Below are positions 22,459-36,013 of a DNA stretch of 64,000 nt, piece by piece. The translations under genes and the position numbers were made by a program. The number at the start of each line of letters is the position of its first letter. The stretch's first letter is position 1. Under the pieces are notes generated by a model. The model did not search any database. It was not told where the DNA came from and saw nothing but the letters and a program-made list of their open reading frames with translations. Origin of the DNA: Tubiluchus corallicola (Eukaryota; Animalia; Priapulida); the NCBI GenBank assembly GCA_030141605.1, contig JAQGDQ010000237.1, forward strand, positions 228,044 through 292,043, in the 5' to 3' direction.

Positions 22459-23204
22459 CATATGCCAGCGTAATGAATTTTTAAAATAAACTTCAACTAA
22501 ACAGTTTTTGTGACAATAATTATTAAATACATTTTCTTTTCTCGTCAGATATGTACATAACATCAAATACTCAATAAAACACGTGGTTTAGTAAAAAATA
22601 CTTGTATGAGAACTTTCCTCAATAGGAAACTGATAGAAAATACGTTGGAGTGACGCAAACTAATTGTTTACTACAAAATCTTTTGGGGGAACCTTTGGAA
22701 ATTAATTTTATCAAAATCGAGCTTAGCTGTTTAAGATAATTGGAAATTTGGTTTCGTGTTGAAAATATTTCAATAAATTATCCCATTTACGAGCATCGCA
22801 AGCTGCAAGTATTTTACAATGCTGTTGTAAATTACTTTGATACACTGGTAAAAAATGTAATATACACGTCATATGTAAAAAAAACATTCGAAAATTACAA
22901 TATTCTGGTAAAATCTGCAATAATTAATACACTTATGTAAGCCTATCAAGTGTATATTGCATATAATTAGCTATAGCCAACTTAATCAAGTTTTTAATAA
23001 AATTGGGCTTTAACCGTGAACATGAATTCATTTAAAAACATTCGCATAATTTTCCGGGACATTTCAACTATCGTGAGTTGAAGCTTGTCATCGTTATGTT
23101 GTTAGAACATCATAAAATAGAATCGAGTTCAGATATAACTCAATTCCATTTCATGATGTTTTAACTACATAATAATGACACGCTTCAACTCACAAGGATA
23201 TTAA

Positions 23205-23206
<2 letters not shown>

Positions 23207-23263
<57 letters not shown>

Positions 23264-23272
23264 CATATATAT
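23207..23272. repeat. (TA)n(TG)n compound microsatellite
   Basis: Seen directly in the sequence. Confidence 0.95.
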
Positions 23273-23879
23273 AGGGTTATTTTATTTCATAGTTTATATT
23301 GATTTATTCACAATGAATGTTCTGCCAAATGTGAAGTTTTAATTATGGTGATAGATTGTGAGTTATTATGCAAATTATTTTAATCTCGTGTGTTTACATT
23401 TTAATTTTAAGTTGTTCACAGATGACGACGACCTAACAGGGATAAAAGTCCTAGAAAATTATGTGGTAGATTTTAAATAAAATCAAGTTTTTGATCATTT
23501 TTGTAAAAACTACAGTAAATCTGTGTTTAAGTCATTTTTTTCGTCTGTTATTGAAACATTTAACGAAAGCATTTCATTATAGCTGTTCTGCAAACTCTGG
23601 GTGTTTGTAAGGTTTGTAAAGCAGCATTTTAAGCGTTTTCATACTTTAATAACACCGTTTACGTCCTTGTAAGTGTTTTCATTAGCAAAAGCAAAACTCA
23701 AAGTCACTAAAGTTGTACTCAAATTAAAAAACGACAAAGCATATCATACAGTGAGTTTCGTAAGTGCATACACTGCTTACAATAAGCCAATTAACAACTT
23801 ATTTTAACCGACTAATAAGCATGGCTACAAGCAAGGTATAGTTCTAGGGTTCTAGCTGAGAGGTGACATGGACTTTAGT

Positions 23880-24500
23880 AATAAAAGCACTTCGTATAGA
23901 AATAATTTAAAGAAAAGACTGAAGATCCATTATCAAATGGACCTATGTATTATGATGCTTCTATCCCTCCATTACTGTTTAAGTCCTAAAGGGCTGGGGA
24001 TGTTCAATGGCCTGCCACATGGGATCATTTTTTCAAGTTAACCAAAAGCAGATCCATTGGAGCACAGAAAATTCGTTTGTTTTTTTGGAAATCGCGTGCT
24101 GAAACTGTGCAAGCGCTATTGGTTTCAGCTCAGAGCATGAATAGTTTCAATAATGGACTTGATGAACACTGGATCTACACCTTTTGGTGCCTTTGCTTAT
24201 TGTAACATCCACGAGTAGGTTTGCTGTCACTGTTCCTGCCAAAATGATAATTTCTCTGATTTATAAGTTGTCGATACTTGCGGTTTTGGTGTGAAAAACG
24301 ATCAACCTAAAGTCCCAAAGACTAGCACTTGGCTGCAGAGATGTTATAAAAATTATGGTATTTCCATGTAAGGTGCATGTAGTGCATTACTGAAAGCCTA
24401 TTGCTTTTACTTTTGACTTTGAGCAGTCCACTCAAGGTCATCACCAACCAACTATTTGACAGAAACGCGAGTCTCATCCAGTAAGGTGAGTTCTTTATGT
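23880..24500 (-). mobile_element. Highly degraded CR1/L2-like LINE ORF2 C-terminal fragment
   Basis: Broken minus-strand peptides (LVGDDLEW, QVLVFG, RLHSFSTR) occur in the order expected for the post-RT region of CR1-like LINEs, with many stops and frameshifts. Boundaries approximate. Confidence 0.35.
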
Positions 24501-25771
24501 TTGCCTGCCCGACGAATTACAACTTTTGATTTTGTTGTTTTTAGTCAAATTTATTCTGTTTATTCACTGACTCACACTGCTCTGGCAAGCCTAAACTAAA
24601 ACCTAGGATTTTAAAATGATTAAATGTTAATTTCAAAATATTTACGAGATTGCTTTATGTAATATAAACAACATATTGTTGATAAATCCATTATTCCCGT
24701 CAGTTTTGTAGGGTTAAAAGATCTTGACTTGCCAGGTACAAATAACTTAACAAGCTTTAGGAAAAATGTAATTCACAAGTTAATAAATTAAAAGTTTATT
24801 TACTTAGTTAGATAATAAGTTAGCAAAAGCGAGTACAAAAGTAAATCATCACAGCTTTAAATTAAATCAACAACGCATTAAATTAATTTATGCATTTTAG
24901 GCATAAGAATTTGTTGATTTGTATATTTGCTTAACGAAGTTGAGAAAATTTTGCTGAATTTTACGCTTATGATCTGTACAGCTACTACAAATTGACATAA
25001 TCCTTTTTAAAATTTATGTCTTCCGAATAAATGCTGCTACTATAATTTAATGTCAGTTGTAATCCTTATTTTGGTCTCCAGGGACGGGGGGACAGAAGAT
25101 GAAAAACAAATGTATGCAATGGTAGGAAAACCACAATCTCAAAAATATGATGACATAAAATGATCTATTCACACTATCTATCAAAACATCATGATGCACT
25201 TATTTATCGAACGTGTCAATGTTTCAAAAGTTTAAAGCTTTTTAAAAGTTTTAAAATACTGAAAAATGAAGACCGGTTAAGGTTTAAAATCAAAGATTTT
25301 ATAAAACACTTGTTAAAAATAATTTAATTAATAGTCTTTGAGAACTATTTTTAACCTAGCAGCCCTGCTTTTATTAGTTTAATAAATAAGTAAGCTTAGT
25401 TGTCATGGCGCAGGATTCTGAAACATTCCCATGAACATGTTTAACTGCAATTAACTCTTTCGCAGCGTTCACTTTATAAATTAATGGTGTTACATTGAAT
25501 TCCCAAAGTATCCAGGCTGTTTAGTGGAAATAGTCTTTCGGTATCTAAGTACATCGATCTACGTCGCCACGTCACGTGACAAGCAAACGAAGCTTGTCAA
25601 TCCTGAGACAAACTTCAATAATTCATTATTTACAGCACCTATTTTGCCTCCGGGCACTATATATATATAAATGTCAACAGTATCTCGCCCGATTTTTTTT
25701 GCTTTCGCATTGTTTGCATGACTGAGGCTATTTGTTCAATTTCATTGTTCACTTTTGTTCATCTGTGTTCA

Positions 25772-26257
25772 CTATTTACACGTATACTCCTCAGTCCGCT
25801 GACTACATTCGTTACAATTCACGTAACAACACCAAATAAATTTACAGTTACATTGCCAAATTTTTGTGTATTGGTGGGTATTATAACCTCTCCCGCAGCA
25901 CAATAAGTCACACCCGTCAGGACCCTTAGATGTCCTGTTACACACCCTGCCAGTCGTGCCCAACGAGCCTTTTTCTAAGTCCCCTTCGCAGTAATTAGGA
26001 CTCTTGTCAATGTAGACGAGATCCCTCCGCCGCGGCTTCTTGTTGGGTCTTCGCGACCGGCGGAGCTTCAGGGTAAGCCCGGCGTACCGGGTCCGTCGCT
26101 CCGTGTGGACCACGACCCGGCGGCCCTTGTTGTATTTATCTTTGAGGATGGCCCCTATTCGACGGAAAGGAGCAAGAGTTGTCCAGCATGTTTTCATTGT
26201 GCAAGAACCAGACACGCCATGGCATTTGCACTCTGTCCCCATTGTATCTTTTACCAT
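25772..26257 (-). CDS. WNT7: Wnt7 coding exon 4 (last)
   Basis: tttcag|ATG GTA AAA. Contains [17 protein letters not shown] (acylated Ser motif) and [42 protein letters not shown], a Wnt7-type C-terminus. 486 nt, phase 0. Confidence 0.97.
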   Translation of the reverse strand: MVKDTMGTECKCHGVSGSCTMKTCWTTLAPFRRIGAILKDKYNKGRRVVVHTERRTRYAGLTLKLRRSRRPNKKPRRRDLVYIDKSPNYCEGDLEKGSLGTTGRVCNRTSKGPDGCDLLCCGRGYNTHQYTKIWQCNCKFIWCCYVNCNECSQRTEEYTCK

Positions 26258-28691
26258 CTGAAATACATTAAACATGAATAGTTGTTTAATTGTAGCATCT
26301 ACAAAGAGTATTTACATATCGTTACAATAAAAATAGCGTTTGCACTCCATTCGATTTATATCCTTTATGCTATCTAAAACACAATAATCATGAATGATTG
26401 TATAATATTTATAGTGTTTTTGTGTAAACTTTATTACTATACTTCCAGTCTCGTCACGTCTAGTTTTGTGATAGGTGAATAAAAGGTGTATACAGTTTTT
26501 ATTCATTATCAATATAAAAAGTTGAAATACTCGTAAAACCCGGCCTTAAGCATTTTTGCTCTGCTTGACGAAGCTTTAGGATCCGACCAGTTATTAGTGT
26601 ATTTTGAGATTGATGTTGTCATTAAAAAACTCTTTATACGTCGTAGTAATTAATAAGCTGTGTTGATATTTCTTGATACACATACAGTTACGATACGTTT
26701 TTCTTTTTTATTGTTTGCATTACGCAGCACTTTCCGAAGATCGTTTTCGTTTGCTTTTCAGCCCATCTTCTCGCTTTTTTGGATCCTTTATTCTGTTAGT
26801 TTCTTTTAATTTTCCTTTCTTACTATCATACCAGCATCCCGGGCACAGCTGGCCAACTCTTTTTGAGTACTTTTCAATGTTTACGTCAACATGGCTTATC
26901 TCGCCGGCTATCTGCTCACGGCCACCATTTTCAAAACCTCGATGTAAAATCTCGCCAGGTTTTAATAGGTTTAGCGAAGTTAACATAACAAATCCCCCCA
27001 GGAGGACAATGCAGTGTTCTTTCACCTGTGCCGCGCTGATCATAGGGAGTTAGATCCGCACGAAAGATTACCAAAATGGTTATTCTAGTAGGATAAACAC
27101 GACCAAACGCCTTTATAATAACCTATAAGGGGCGCATCTAATCTTGACACAAACACTGCACACACAACAACTGTAATCTGGTCTTCCCCAGGGCGCCATA
27201 TTAGCACCGCATTTGTTTATTAAAGATAGAAGTAAATGCATTTTTTTCGTTTAATTCTGCTGGGTGGCTAGAACTCTTGGGTGTGCACAAATGTTCTTTG
27301 TATCCACCGTCTGTTCACACCTACGGAAAAGTTAATTTGAGGTAATTGTGTAATGGTTTGGAAGCCTTCGCCCATTTAAAGCTGCTGAATTCCTTAGATT
27401 ACAAACAACAAAGCAGCAATGAATAAATGAATAATGATATCTTACGGGAGGAACCTGGCTTGTCTTAAGCTACAAGCATAACATTGCTTCATTCCAGGAA
27501 GTTTTGCTATAGGTCTAATATTTCAATATTTTCAAACGACGTATGTCGGTTTAAAACACTTTTAAAGCAGAAACAAACAAAGTTCTAAGTCTGGCTGGCG
27601 CAAATTATTCAACAAAGAAGTAATAATTAGTCTAGCGGTTAGACTTCAAAACAGAAACTAAGACGCGACATGTACTTCTCTCTTAATAGCGACGCATGTT
27701 ATTGTTTTGTTTATTTGTAATTAATTAAGTACGTAAACATTGTTGTCAATTCACCAACGCTTTTGCTTTAAATTAGTACACATCAGTAAAGTACTGTGAC
27801 TGTAACACTTTATAGCATGCGTACGTTTACGTTCTCTTCCCGTTATTTCTATATTCATTTCAATTGTTTACCGGCAGCTAATTTTCATTTTTCGTAGCTT
27901 TATTATTAAACATTTAACGGCTTTAAAAAATTAGAAAGCTCTTCGTGAATCTAAAAAAACGGAAATCTTAAAGACAATAGCGTTCTCTACTTTTCACCAA
28001 TATTTCTCCTCAGCGGACACAGCTTCATTGCCGGCACAACTACAGATAAAAATGAATCATGCAGAACTAAAACTTTTTTAAACCAATCTGTTAAAACAAC
28101 CTGCTCTAATCCCGGCTACTCACGCGATTCTCACAAAAAATCCTCTTCCCACCTGCCCTAAATCGAAAATCAATAAACCCACCCAAAAGACGAAAATAAA
28201 GATTTCACTTTGTCCATCAATCGTTTGAATGCTGCTCCTTGTCAGGGCGGCAAGCCGATGTTACGTTGTCGTCCGATCACGGCAATTATCGATTGATAAA
28301 AAGTGGTCAAGGTGAGACCACCGGTAGAATGAATTTGAAGGAGAAATATTTTGCTTCGGTGATTAGATGAACACGAATATCGGCATGAATACTAATCGAT
28401 TTAGAGGTACCGCTGTTACAAAAAGTCATGTGATACTAGGGAACTCCATATTGAATGTAATATTGGTTTGAAAAAGGCCTGTAACTTGATATGGGCCAAT
28501 TAATAACTATTAATTTTTATTAGCTTAATTTACTAATACCAGTTAATTGCAAACCAGCAAACAGTAATAATTCATACTTTAAAGCAGCAAGCTTGTTCAC
28601 CAATATATTTGTCAGTGAATGCATTGGTCTGCGAAGTTCTTCACTCCCGAATCAATGAATTTTTATTTAAATCATTTTAATCTTTTATTAA

Positions 28692-28762
28692 AGGAAAACA
28701 GGATGATTTTTCGTCTCTTTCCCATTTGGGAGTACGATGAAAAGTGTATATTTGAACACTTC

Positions 28763-28816
<54 letters not shown>

Positions 28817-29341
28817 CAAAGCGGTTCTGATAACTAAATAATAGGTCAAAAACTTCATTAACAGTGATGACTAGTGATGACATCACAACTGAACAAAATT
28901 TTTAACAGCGCAAACATTCCAAGAGTGTGTGGCACGTGTTCATGAAAGCGAAAATTAAAGTACGATGCTACTTTACAACATTCAGTATTGTCTTATACAA
29001 AAACTCGGCACATTTTAAGTTCGAAATACAGACTTTAAATTTGCCGCTGTGCTTACGTATGAGCTCACGAACGTGTGCACTACGTCACCTCTGAACTGAA
29101 AGGCACACCTCTTGTTTTTGTGCAACGCATTTTCTAGATGCAGGCGCGAGTGCTTATTTAACTATGAAATGGCGAAATACATATAAAAATGAAGAACTAG
29201 CCGCAACGCGATACACATTACGTTTCTGTGGTAATAATTCTTTCACGTAAGTCATTCTTGAAAGAATGGTATGCCTCATTTCAATATTTTACAGGATATG
29301 GATTGTATGACCTATAGTTTAAGATTGGGTCAGGTTACCTT
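28692..29341. mobile_element. Kolobok-like TTAA element, copy 2, containing an expanded (AAT)n
   Basis: TTAA|AGGAAAACAGGATGATTTTTC ... TCAGGTTACCTT|TTAA. Homologous to 16899..17491. (AAT)n at about 28762..28815. Confidence 0.75.
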
Positions 29342-30418
29342 TTAAAGTATACTGTTATTACTACTTAATTAGTTATTCCTACAGCAACTGTGAAAATTGT
29401 AGCAAATTTCGTGTTTCCCTGATCTAAGTGTTTTTTCCAGCGCAAGAAGCGCCAATTTTAAGTAGTTTTGCATTGTATCGGGGGGAAAATAATAAGAATA
29501 ATAAAGAAAGCAAGGTGATAAAATACTTCAAATGAAAATATTCTTTAAGTGGCAAAACTGACCTGTTGTAGACTCTTATTAGTTACTATTAATTTCGCTG
29601 TTGTATTTACTATAAGCTTTAGCGATGTGCCCACTCTCGATGCGTATTAATCCAAGTTCAAAAATGGCTCAAACTGGTCGTAAGTTTATAAATGGAAATA
29701 ATATAGAGTCGTCGGCGTTCCGCAAGGCTCGCTCTTGTTGCCGTGTTTATTTAATTCGCATTTGAGTTTTCGCCGTTGTTGTGGCGGCATTGTGTTTTCT
29801 ACTTGACTTGAGCGTACTTGAATGTCTTGCAGGCATTTAGCAGAGCAACCTTATAATTACTGCCAGTGCAAGATGGACCGTGAATAGACCAAGAACACCC
29901 AATTAGAGTTTAGCTAAGTTCAAGCGAATATGAAGAATTCACCTACAGTTACAGTAGTGTAGACTGTATACTTACTTTTGACTCTTTCCATTCAAAATTT
30001 CACTATAATAGACAGCTGCTGTCAAAAGCTTACATGGGTAACCTTACAATAATTTATTATAGGCAATGTATTAGAAGACTTTAATATATAACCATTTATT
30101 GCTAAAATCATACAAAAGTAAAAGTTGAAATCATTTTCCCGCAGACAATGAATGCGGCGAATAACAAAATTTAAAGGAGTTACTAAAAATTTTTGTTTAC
30201 GCAATGTAGCATAATTATACGCTTGTTTGTTATCAACAAAAAGCTATAGATCTAACTTTAATGTTATTGGTTTAAAACAACAATATCAACAGTAGGAAGT
30301 AGATAAAAAATAAGACGACAACGAAGAAGTTGATGATGACGGTATAACAATGATGAAGATGATGCTGAAGAAGATAGTTATGCGTATAGGCTACAGTAAT
30401 AATAGTGATGACAATAAT

Positions 30419-30448
30419 CACTGCCACTGCCACTGCCACTGCCACTGC
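30419..30448. repeat. (CACTGC)5 hexanucleotide repeat
   Basis: Seen directly in the sequence. Confidence 0.9.
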
Positions 30449-31633
30449 TCTGATTCGTCCAAAGATGATGACTAGATTAAAAAGACAATTATTAGTAATT
30501 ATTTTTTTATAATTTAATGTTTGTTTTGACTTTTTCTGCAGAGAGCATGTCTAAGCACACAGAAATTGGCCAGGACATGTATGAAGTCCACTGACAACGT
30601 TTTTGCTTCAAAAAGAAACTAGTTTTGTATGAAAAACAATAAGTATTGGTACTTAGCTCAAGTTGTGGTTTTTGAAGTCGTAATTTTTGTATTTTGGGTC
30701 AAACAGACACACAGTTACTACACATATTTTCAATACGGCTACAGTTGCCGCAGGTGCCTATCTTACCACTTAGTTTGCTTAGCAACAAAGTCTAAGCAAC
30801 TTCCGCTCATAGAAGGCCACACAGGCTTCAAAGCAGCGAAAAAAAGCATCTCTTTTATCTCTTCTGTGACACTTTAAATGCTGTTTTTCTGGTAAATCCA
30901 TCTTATCTGAGCTTTTTAAAGTTTTAGCTGACATAACGACGTCCTATTCAAACGCGCACGCGCGGGAAGGTTTGCGTGCACGCTAATACGATTTTGATGT
31001 ATTTACAAAGAATTAGTCTCACAAGAAGGTGTCTTTAAAGAAAGTGTTAACACCTGTGCTATTCCACCGAGTCAGCTTTCTTCATAAATGCGATTACAAC
31101 ATTTAAGTTCATGATGCTGATAATTCTTAAAGATTTTTATCAATGCCATCGTTCAGCTAAATTTCCTTGTATAAATATCATTACACACACTGTATTTTTG
31201 TTACTTTAGTGGGAAAGGGAATTTTAAAGTATGTCTAAAAAATTTCCATACAAAGTTGTGTTACTTGGCATTACGCTTACCGGTTTGAAAAAGATATGTT
31301 ATCGAATAATAAAATTCTTAATAAGTCAAAGTATCTGCGCCCGTAGGTCAAACGTCACTGTTTCACTATCCCAGTTTGCACAAAAGTGTCGCAGGCTCAC
31401 CAAGAATAAATTATTAATCTTGCTGATAGGATAATGTTAGCGATGTGTGCGTTACCAATGATCTGATTGTTTTGAGAACTTTACACAAAGTTATCCAAAC
31501 ATGTTCCAAACGACAAAGATGGCCGCGTCTAACGGTCATCACTGTGTTTAAATTTACAAGTTTAATACAAGGTCTGTGCACAGTAAGACAATACGTATGT
31601 TACGAAATTTCAAGCCGAATTTTTTTCATTACC

Positions 31634-31815
31634 GGTCACTTGGGCAGTCGACACTTGGGCAGCAGACATTTCGGCAGTGGTAGTACCTGGGGACAGTGAA
31701 CATTTGGGTAGTAGGATATTTTGGCAGTGGACATTATGAGCAGTAGCCAAGTACCCAATGTCCAAGTGCCGCTGACCAAGTGTTCAAAACCCAAATATTC
31801 ACTGTTCGAATGACC
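31634..31815. mobile_element. Foldback-like MITE built from ~15-bp tandem units
   Basis: GGTCA...TGACC ends. Left half has GACACTTGGGCAGT-like units; right half has inverted units (CCAAGTGCC/CCAAGTGTT). Confidence 0.6.
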
Positions 31816-32007
31816 TAAAATTATTTTTAACTTTATGTAAGTAATGAGCTTTCTTGTCCCTTTACGCTGGAAATAGTAATTTTAAATTATATTTCCTCAA
31901 AATACCCGAAGGGTCGTACAGAAGGTTTACTTGTATCAGGGTGACGTAGGAAGGTCACGTAGTCATTTCTACGCAGTTCTGCAATAAAACGAAATATCAC
32001 ACAACTT

Positions 32008-32787
32008 TAGACCACTTTAGACCTGCAATATACTAATGATATTGCATGGACAGCAAGAACCAAAGATGAAATAGATGATATGAAAATCAAAATAGAAACA
32101 AAATTAAAAGAAATTGACCTCATATTAAATAAAGATAAAACAGAAGAGTACCACATAAAAAGGAATGGTGATGATGCGTAGGGAAAAGGCAAATACTTAG
32201 GCAGTCTTCTAGCAACAGATGAAGATATATCAGGAAGAAATATCTTAGCATCACAGCATATTCAAAATTAGCAAAAAAATTTGAAAGTAAAAGCCTCAGT
32301 CTAGAAACAAAATTAAGAATCTTTGCTGCACTTGTGGAAACTGTGTTTCTCAGCAATTCAGAATTGTGGACAATCAAACCACATGACAAACCAGAAATCG
32401 GTGCATTTCAAAGATGAATAAGGAATAAAGAGGAATAAAATGACCAAAGAAAATATCGAACCAGGATTTGTATAATAAAGTCAAGACAGGGGGAAGGTCA
32501 GTTAAAATAAAAAGGGGAACACTAAGACGGATAGAACATGTTATACGACTACAAAAAGAGAGTCCATTAAAATTAGCTTTCAAAGAAGCACTGCAGAAAG
32601 AAAAGAAACCACAAAGAGGACAACTGCTGACTTACGTTAATTTGATACAGAAAGATCCTGTCAACGCGCCATTAGATATCAAAAATACAAAGACATGGGA
32701 AACTGCGAATGACAGAGCATCATGGTCTAAAGTGATTACAAAGGTCATGTCCGATGACGTGTAACTTCAGAGATGATGATGATGATG
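32008..32787 (+). mobile_element. 5'-truncated, decayed non-LTR retrotransposon (RTE-like) RT fragment with (GAT)n tail
   Basis: LDLQYTNDIAW (degenerate YADD), LILNKDKTE, KYLGS, LETKLRIF...SELWT, LRRIEHVIRL; stops and frameshifts; ends in GATGATGATGATGATG. Confidence 0.85.
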
Positions 32788-34928
32788 GCGTCGTTTCTAA
32801 CTGTCATATTAAGTCTATATTAAGTTTTATTAGTTTTTGCACAGTCTCAATGTTTGCTTCAGCTCTGTTACAGCCAAATAGAACTAAAAAGGTGAAAAAA
32901 GCTAAAAAAATTCATATTCATTGTCAAAAGGGCTTTAAGAGGTCTACTTCAATATCAGCGGTGCATTTAACTCTCCCACACTTCAGGACCATCTGCAACT
33001 ACTATATCTGACTTTACTTCTTAATTTTCTCACTTAAATAGCAACACCAGTCTGGATCAGACGTCACGCGCTTTGCCGTTTGTCTGCTAATGCGAACAAA
33101 ATGCCCATAATAATGTAGTCTCAATGATGCGGCCGACTGTTAACAGCCCATCGCTTCTTTTCAAAGAAAATTTAATTAAACTCACTGAATTTTAAATGGA
33201 TTATTCGCCAAAGCTCAAAGAAGGAATGTTGCTCAAGTATTTTTGAAGTGGATGTCGGCACAGTGCTCGCGGCCGTTTGTGGTAGATCAAGCTCTAGGCG
33301 GTGCGCCGCTTCTTTGAAACTGTCCTTCTCGGGGGCAACAGTTCCGCAACTTTTTTTCGTAAGCTCCGATTCAACTATACGAAATGGTAACAAAGCGTAG
33401 GTTTTATGAACTAAACGAAACTTGCTTCTTCCAGAATAGCCACTTTAGTTATTAGAGTCCAACGAATTTGCATACCCGTACTAATAAAGTTGAGATTTTA
33501 TTATAGTGTAGCAGTCTGCCATTTGTCTGTCTTCTCGGGCCGCAGTTTTATAAAAATTCTCAAATCTCATATTCTCTCTTGAATGTCTTCTAAAAGCGAT
33601 GGTGATTATTGTGATAACTTATTTTTAAGAAGCCTCTGGAAAGCCTATTTCTTTGGCGGGCAGACCTAACATTTGCTGTAGCGATCTAACTCGAAACTTA
33701 GAGTTCAACTCGTACTTTGATACTGATAACCTTTATTTGAATGACTTCAAACCTTACATGCACCTAGCTTAAAGCAAGTAAGATTTATGCCCATTATTCA
33801 AATAATATGGGCCTACATCCTAAGCTAAGCCGAATCACACGGGTTAAGTGAAATTCATTTCCGGTTCAACTTGGTTACCTTCCAGGGCCTTCCTTACTAA
33901 TTTATTCTCGTAAGACATTTGCTGATTCTATTTATGTCTAATAACGAGAGCAATAGCTACTTTGCAGACGAAATTTACCAGGATTAAAGGCGCCATGCGT
34001 TGTACTGAGCCCCAGTGTCATCTGATTTTATTGCTTCCCTAACAAAAATGATTCATTACCTTCTTATTGATTCGTATGCAGACAGAGTTATCAATAAAAA
34101 TTACGTAAAGTTTCATTATTACTGCGTGTAAGCCGGACTAATTAAAAAAGAAAAAAGTTAAAAAGCACCGCCCTTTATTTCTGCTTCGCGTTTTTAGTCG
34201 ACTGAATGATAAATCATTTTCATTTCATGTTTGTGTCCAAGACTTCCTACTTGTCCTTTATCTTCGTTCTTAACATTAAACACACCGCCCTTTAATCATT
34301 TCATTTCATTAAAAATACATGAATGTTTTTTATCCAAACAGCCTAAATTATAATACATTGCTAAGACGGGTAACGCCTTCTAGCTGTTCTGGTTGAATTC
34401 CGCACCAGCTACTGTTTATTGCTCTTGCGTGATTACAGGTAAACCACTACAAGTAAATTTGGAAGTATTTCTCGAAAGTTTTGCATAACGAAAGGCCAAG
34501 AAAAGTGTTTCTGATATACGTGAGAGAAATTTGGCCCTACATTGTTAATTATTAATCTAGTTAACAGCTGTCTAATCTTTTCAAAATGTTCGCAACATCG
34601 ACTAATTAAAGGCCCGCTTTATTGTTTTACACGTTAAAAGAGAAAGCACTTAAAAACTAAAGTGTTATTGACAGTGGATGAAACTCTGGGCGAGAGGGAT
34701 TACAGGTGTTATAACAACAGTAATAAATTTGTTTATTTTAGCATTACGTCATAGGCCTGTCAACATACAAAATAGGCCTACTAGCAACATCCAAAATGCA
34801 GGACCTAATCAAATCATAATAAAAGATGGTTAATAAATTATGTACATTTAAAGGCAAGACATCATTAGAAGGTCACGTCAGGTCAAAAGCTCCCTTGTCT
34901 GAAGACAAGATGAACTTAATAAGCTTAC

Positions 34929-35197
34929 CTTTCTACCAGCTCGATTGTTGTGAAGATTCATTAATGACCGGGCATCTTTCTGAATTTCCCGTGCGTCAAG
35001 AAACTTCCGTGATAGTTTGACACCTTGCCGAATGTCGGCGCTGCACCCGCCCCATTTCCAGCCCTCAATGGCGTAGGCGCCCTCCTTAGTCTTATCACAT
35101 CCGCAGTTAGTCAAGTTACCCTGACTGCAGGCCTGGGTCACGGAGTAGGTTACCCCCGCTGAGCTGATGGCATATGTGTATGCTGCTTCTTTACTAC
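34929..35197 (-). CDS. WNT7: Wnt7 coding exon 3
   Basis: tttcag|GT AGT AAA...AGA AAG|gtaagc. Encodes [35 protein letters not shown]...[10 protein letters not shown]...[12 protein letters not shown]. Phases 1/0. Confidence 0.97.
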
Positions 35198-35511
35198 CTG
35201 AAACATCAAAATGGCGACCAGGTATTAGTTAAGTGATACAAGACAGTTGTTTCTTTCTAAAACAGTAAGTACAATACGAACTTGTTCTAAAGTAACCGAA
35301 ATATAAGACTGCTATCGTTTAATTTTTGCTAAAATATTTAGGCTAATGTACAAGATAAAGCGCTATAATGCGAACGCTCAAGCGGTTTTAAAGCAGAGTT
35401 ATGCAAACCAAATCTGAACTAAAATACTGCAACTGAGTAGTACTCCTAATGGTTACGAAAAGCGTGTCCCTCTGAGTGAACATGTTTTACAATAGAAACC
35501 ATAATAGACCA

Positions 35512-35522
35512 TTATTACTTTA

Positions 35523-35563
<41 letters not shown>

Positions 35564-35573
35564 GCTATTATTA

Positions 35574-35623
<50 letters not shown>

Positions 35624-35633
35624 GTTATTATTA
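35512..35633. repeat. (TTA)n microsatellite, possibly the tail of a minus-strand retroposed element
   Basis: Seen directly; lies about 50 bp from the long palindrome. Confidence 0.93.
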
Positions 35634-35683
35634 ATTAGGCACAAAAATAAATATGTACATTTTATGAGTAAATGTAAACAGTA

Positions 35684-36013
35684 AAATTATACAGCCATGA
35701 TCAATACGAAGATTGTGTCTACCAATGTATGACAGCAAGGAATAAAATCCCCAAACAGATCACTGCCTGTCATCCATCCAGTAGTAGGCACATAGAACTA
35801 AAATAAAAATTACATGATAAAAAAATAAAATACATACATACATATGCATATACATATGTATGTATTTTATTTTTTTTTACCATGTAATTTTTATTTTAGT
35901 TCTATGTGCCTACTACTGGATGGATGACAGGCAGTGATCTGTTTGGGGATTTTATTCCTTGCTGTCATACATTGGTAGACACAATCTTCGTATTGATCAT
36001 GGCTGTATAATTT
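35684..36013. repeat. 330-bp near-perfect inverted repeat (palindrome) in Wnt7 intron 2
   Basis: AAATTATACAGCCATGATCAATACG...AAAAATTACATG is mirrored exactly by CATGTAATTTTT...CGTATTGATCATGGCTGTATAATTT. The centre (~35848) is a short TACA/TATG-rich spacer. Confidence 0.97.

Noticed and set aside
21929-22489. ORFs rich in SL/RE repeats
   Set aside because: Translations of the CT tract. The same applies to ORFs at 35453, 38701-39113, 40925, 41550, 42735-43035, 44016-44435 and 48953-49768.
31634-31815. CRISPR-like array
   Set aside because: Eukaryotic context; units are degenerate ~15-mers without unique spacers and invert midway, as in a foldback MITE.
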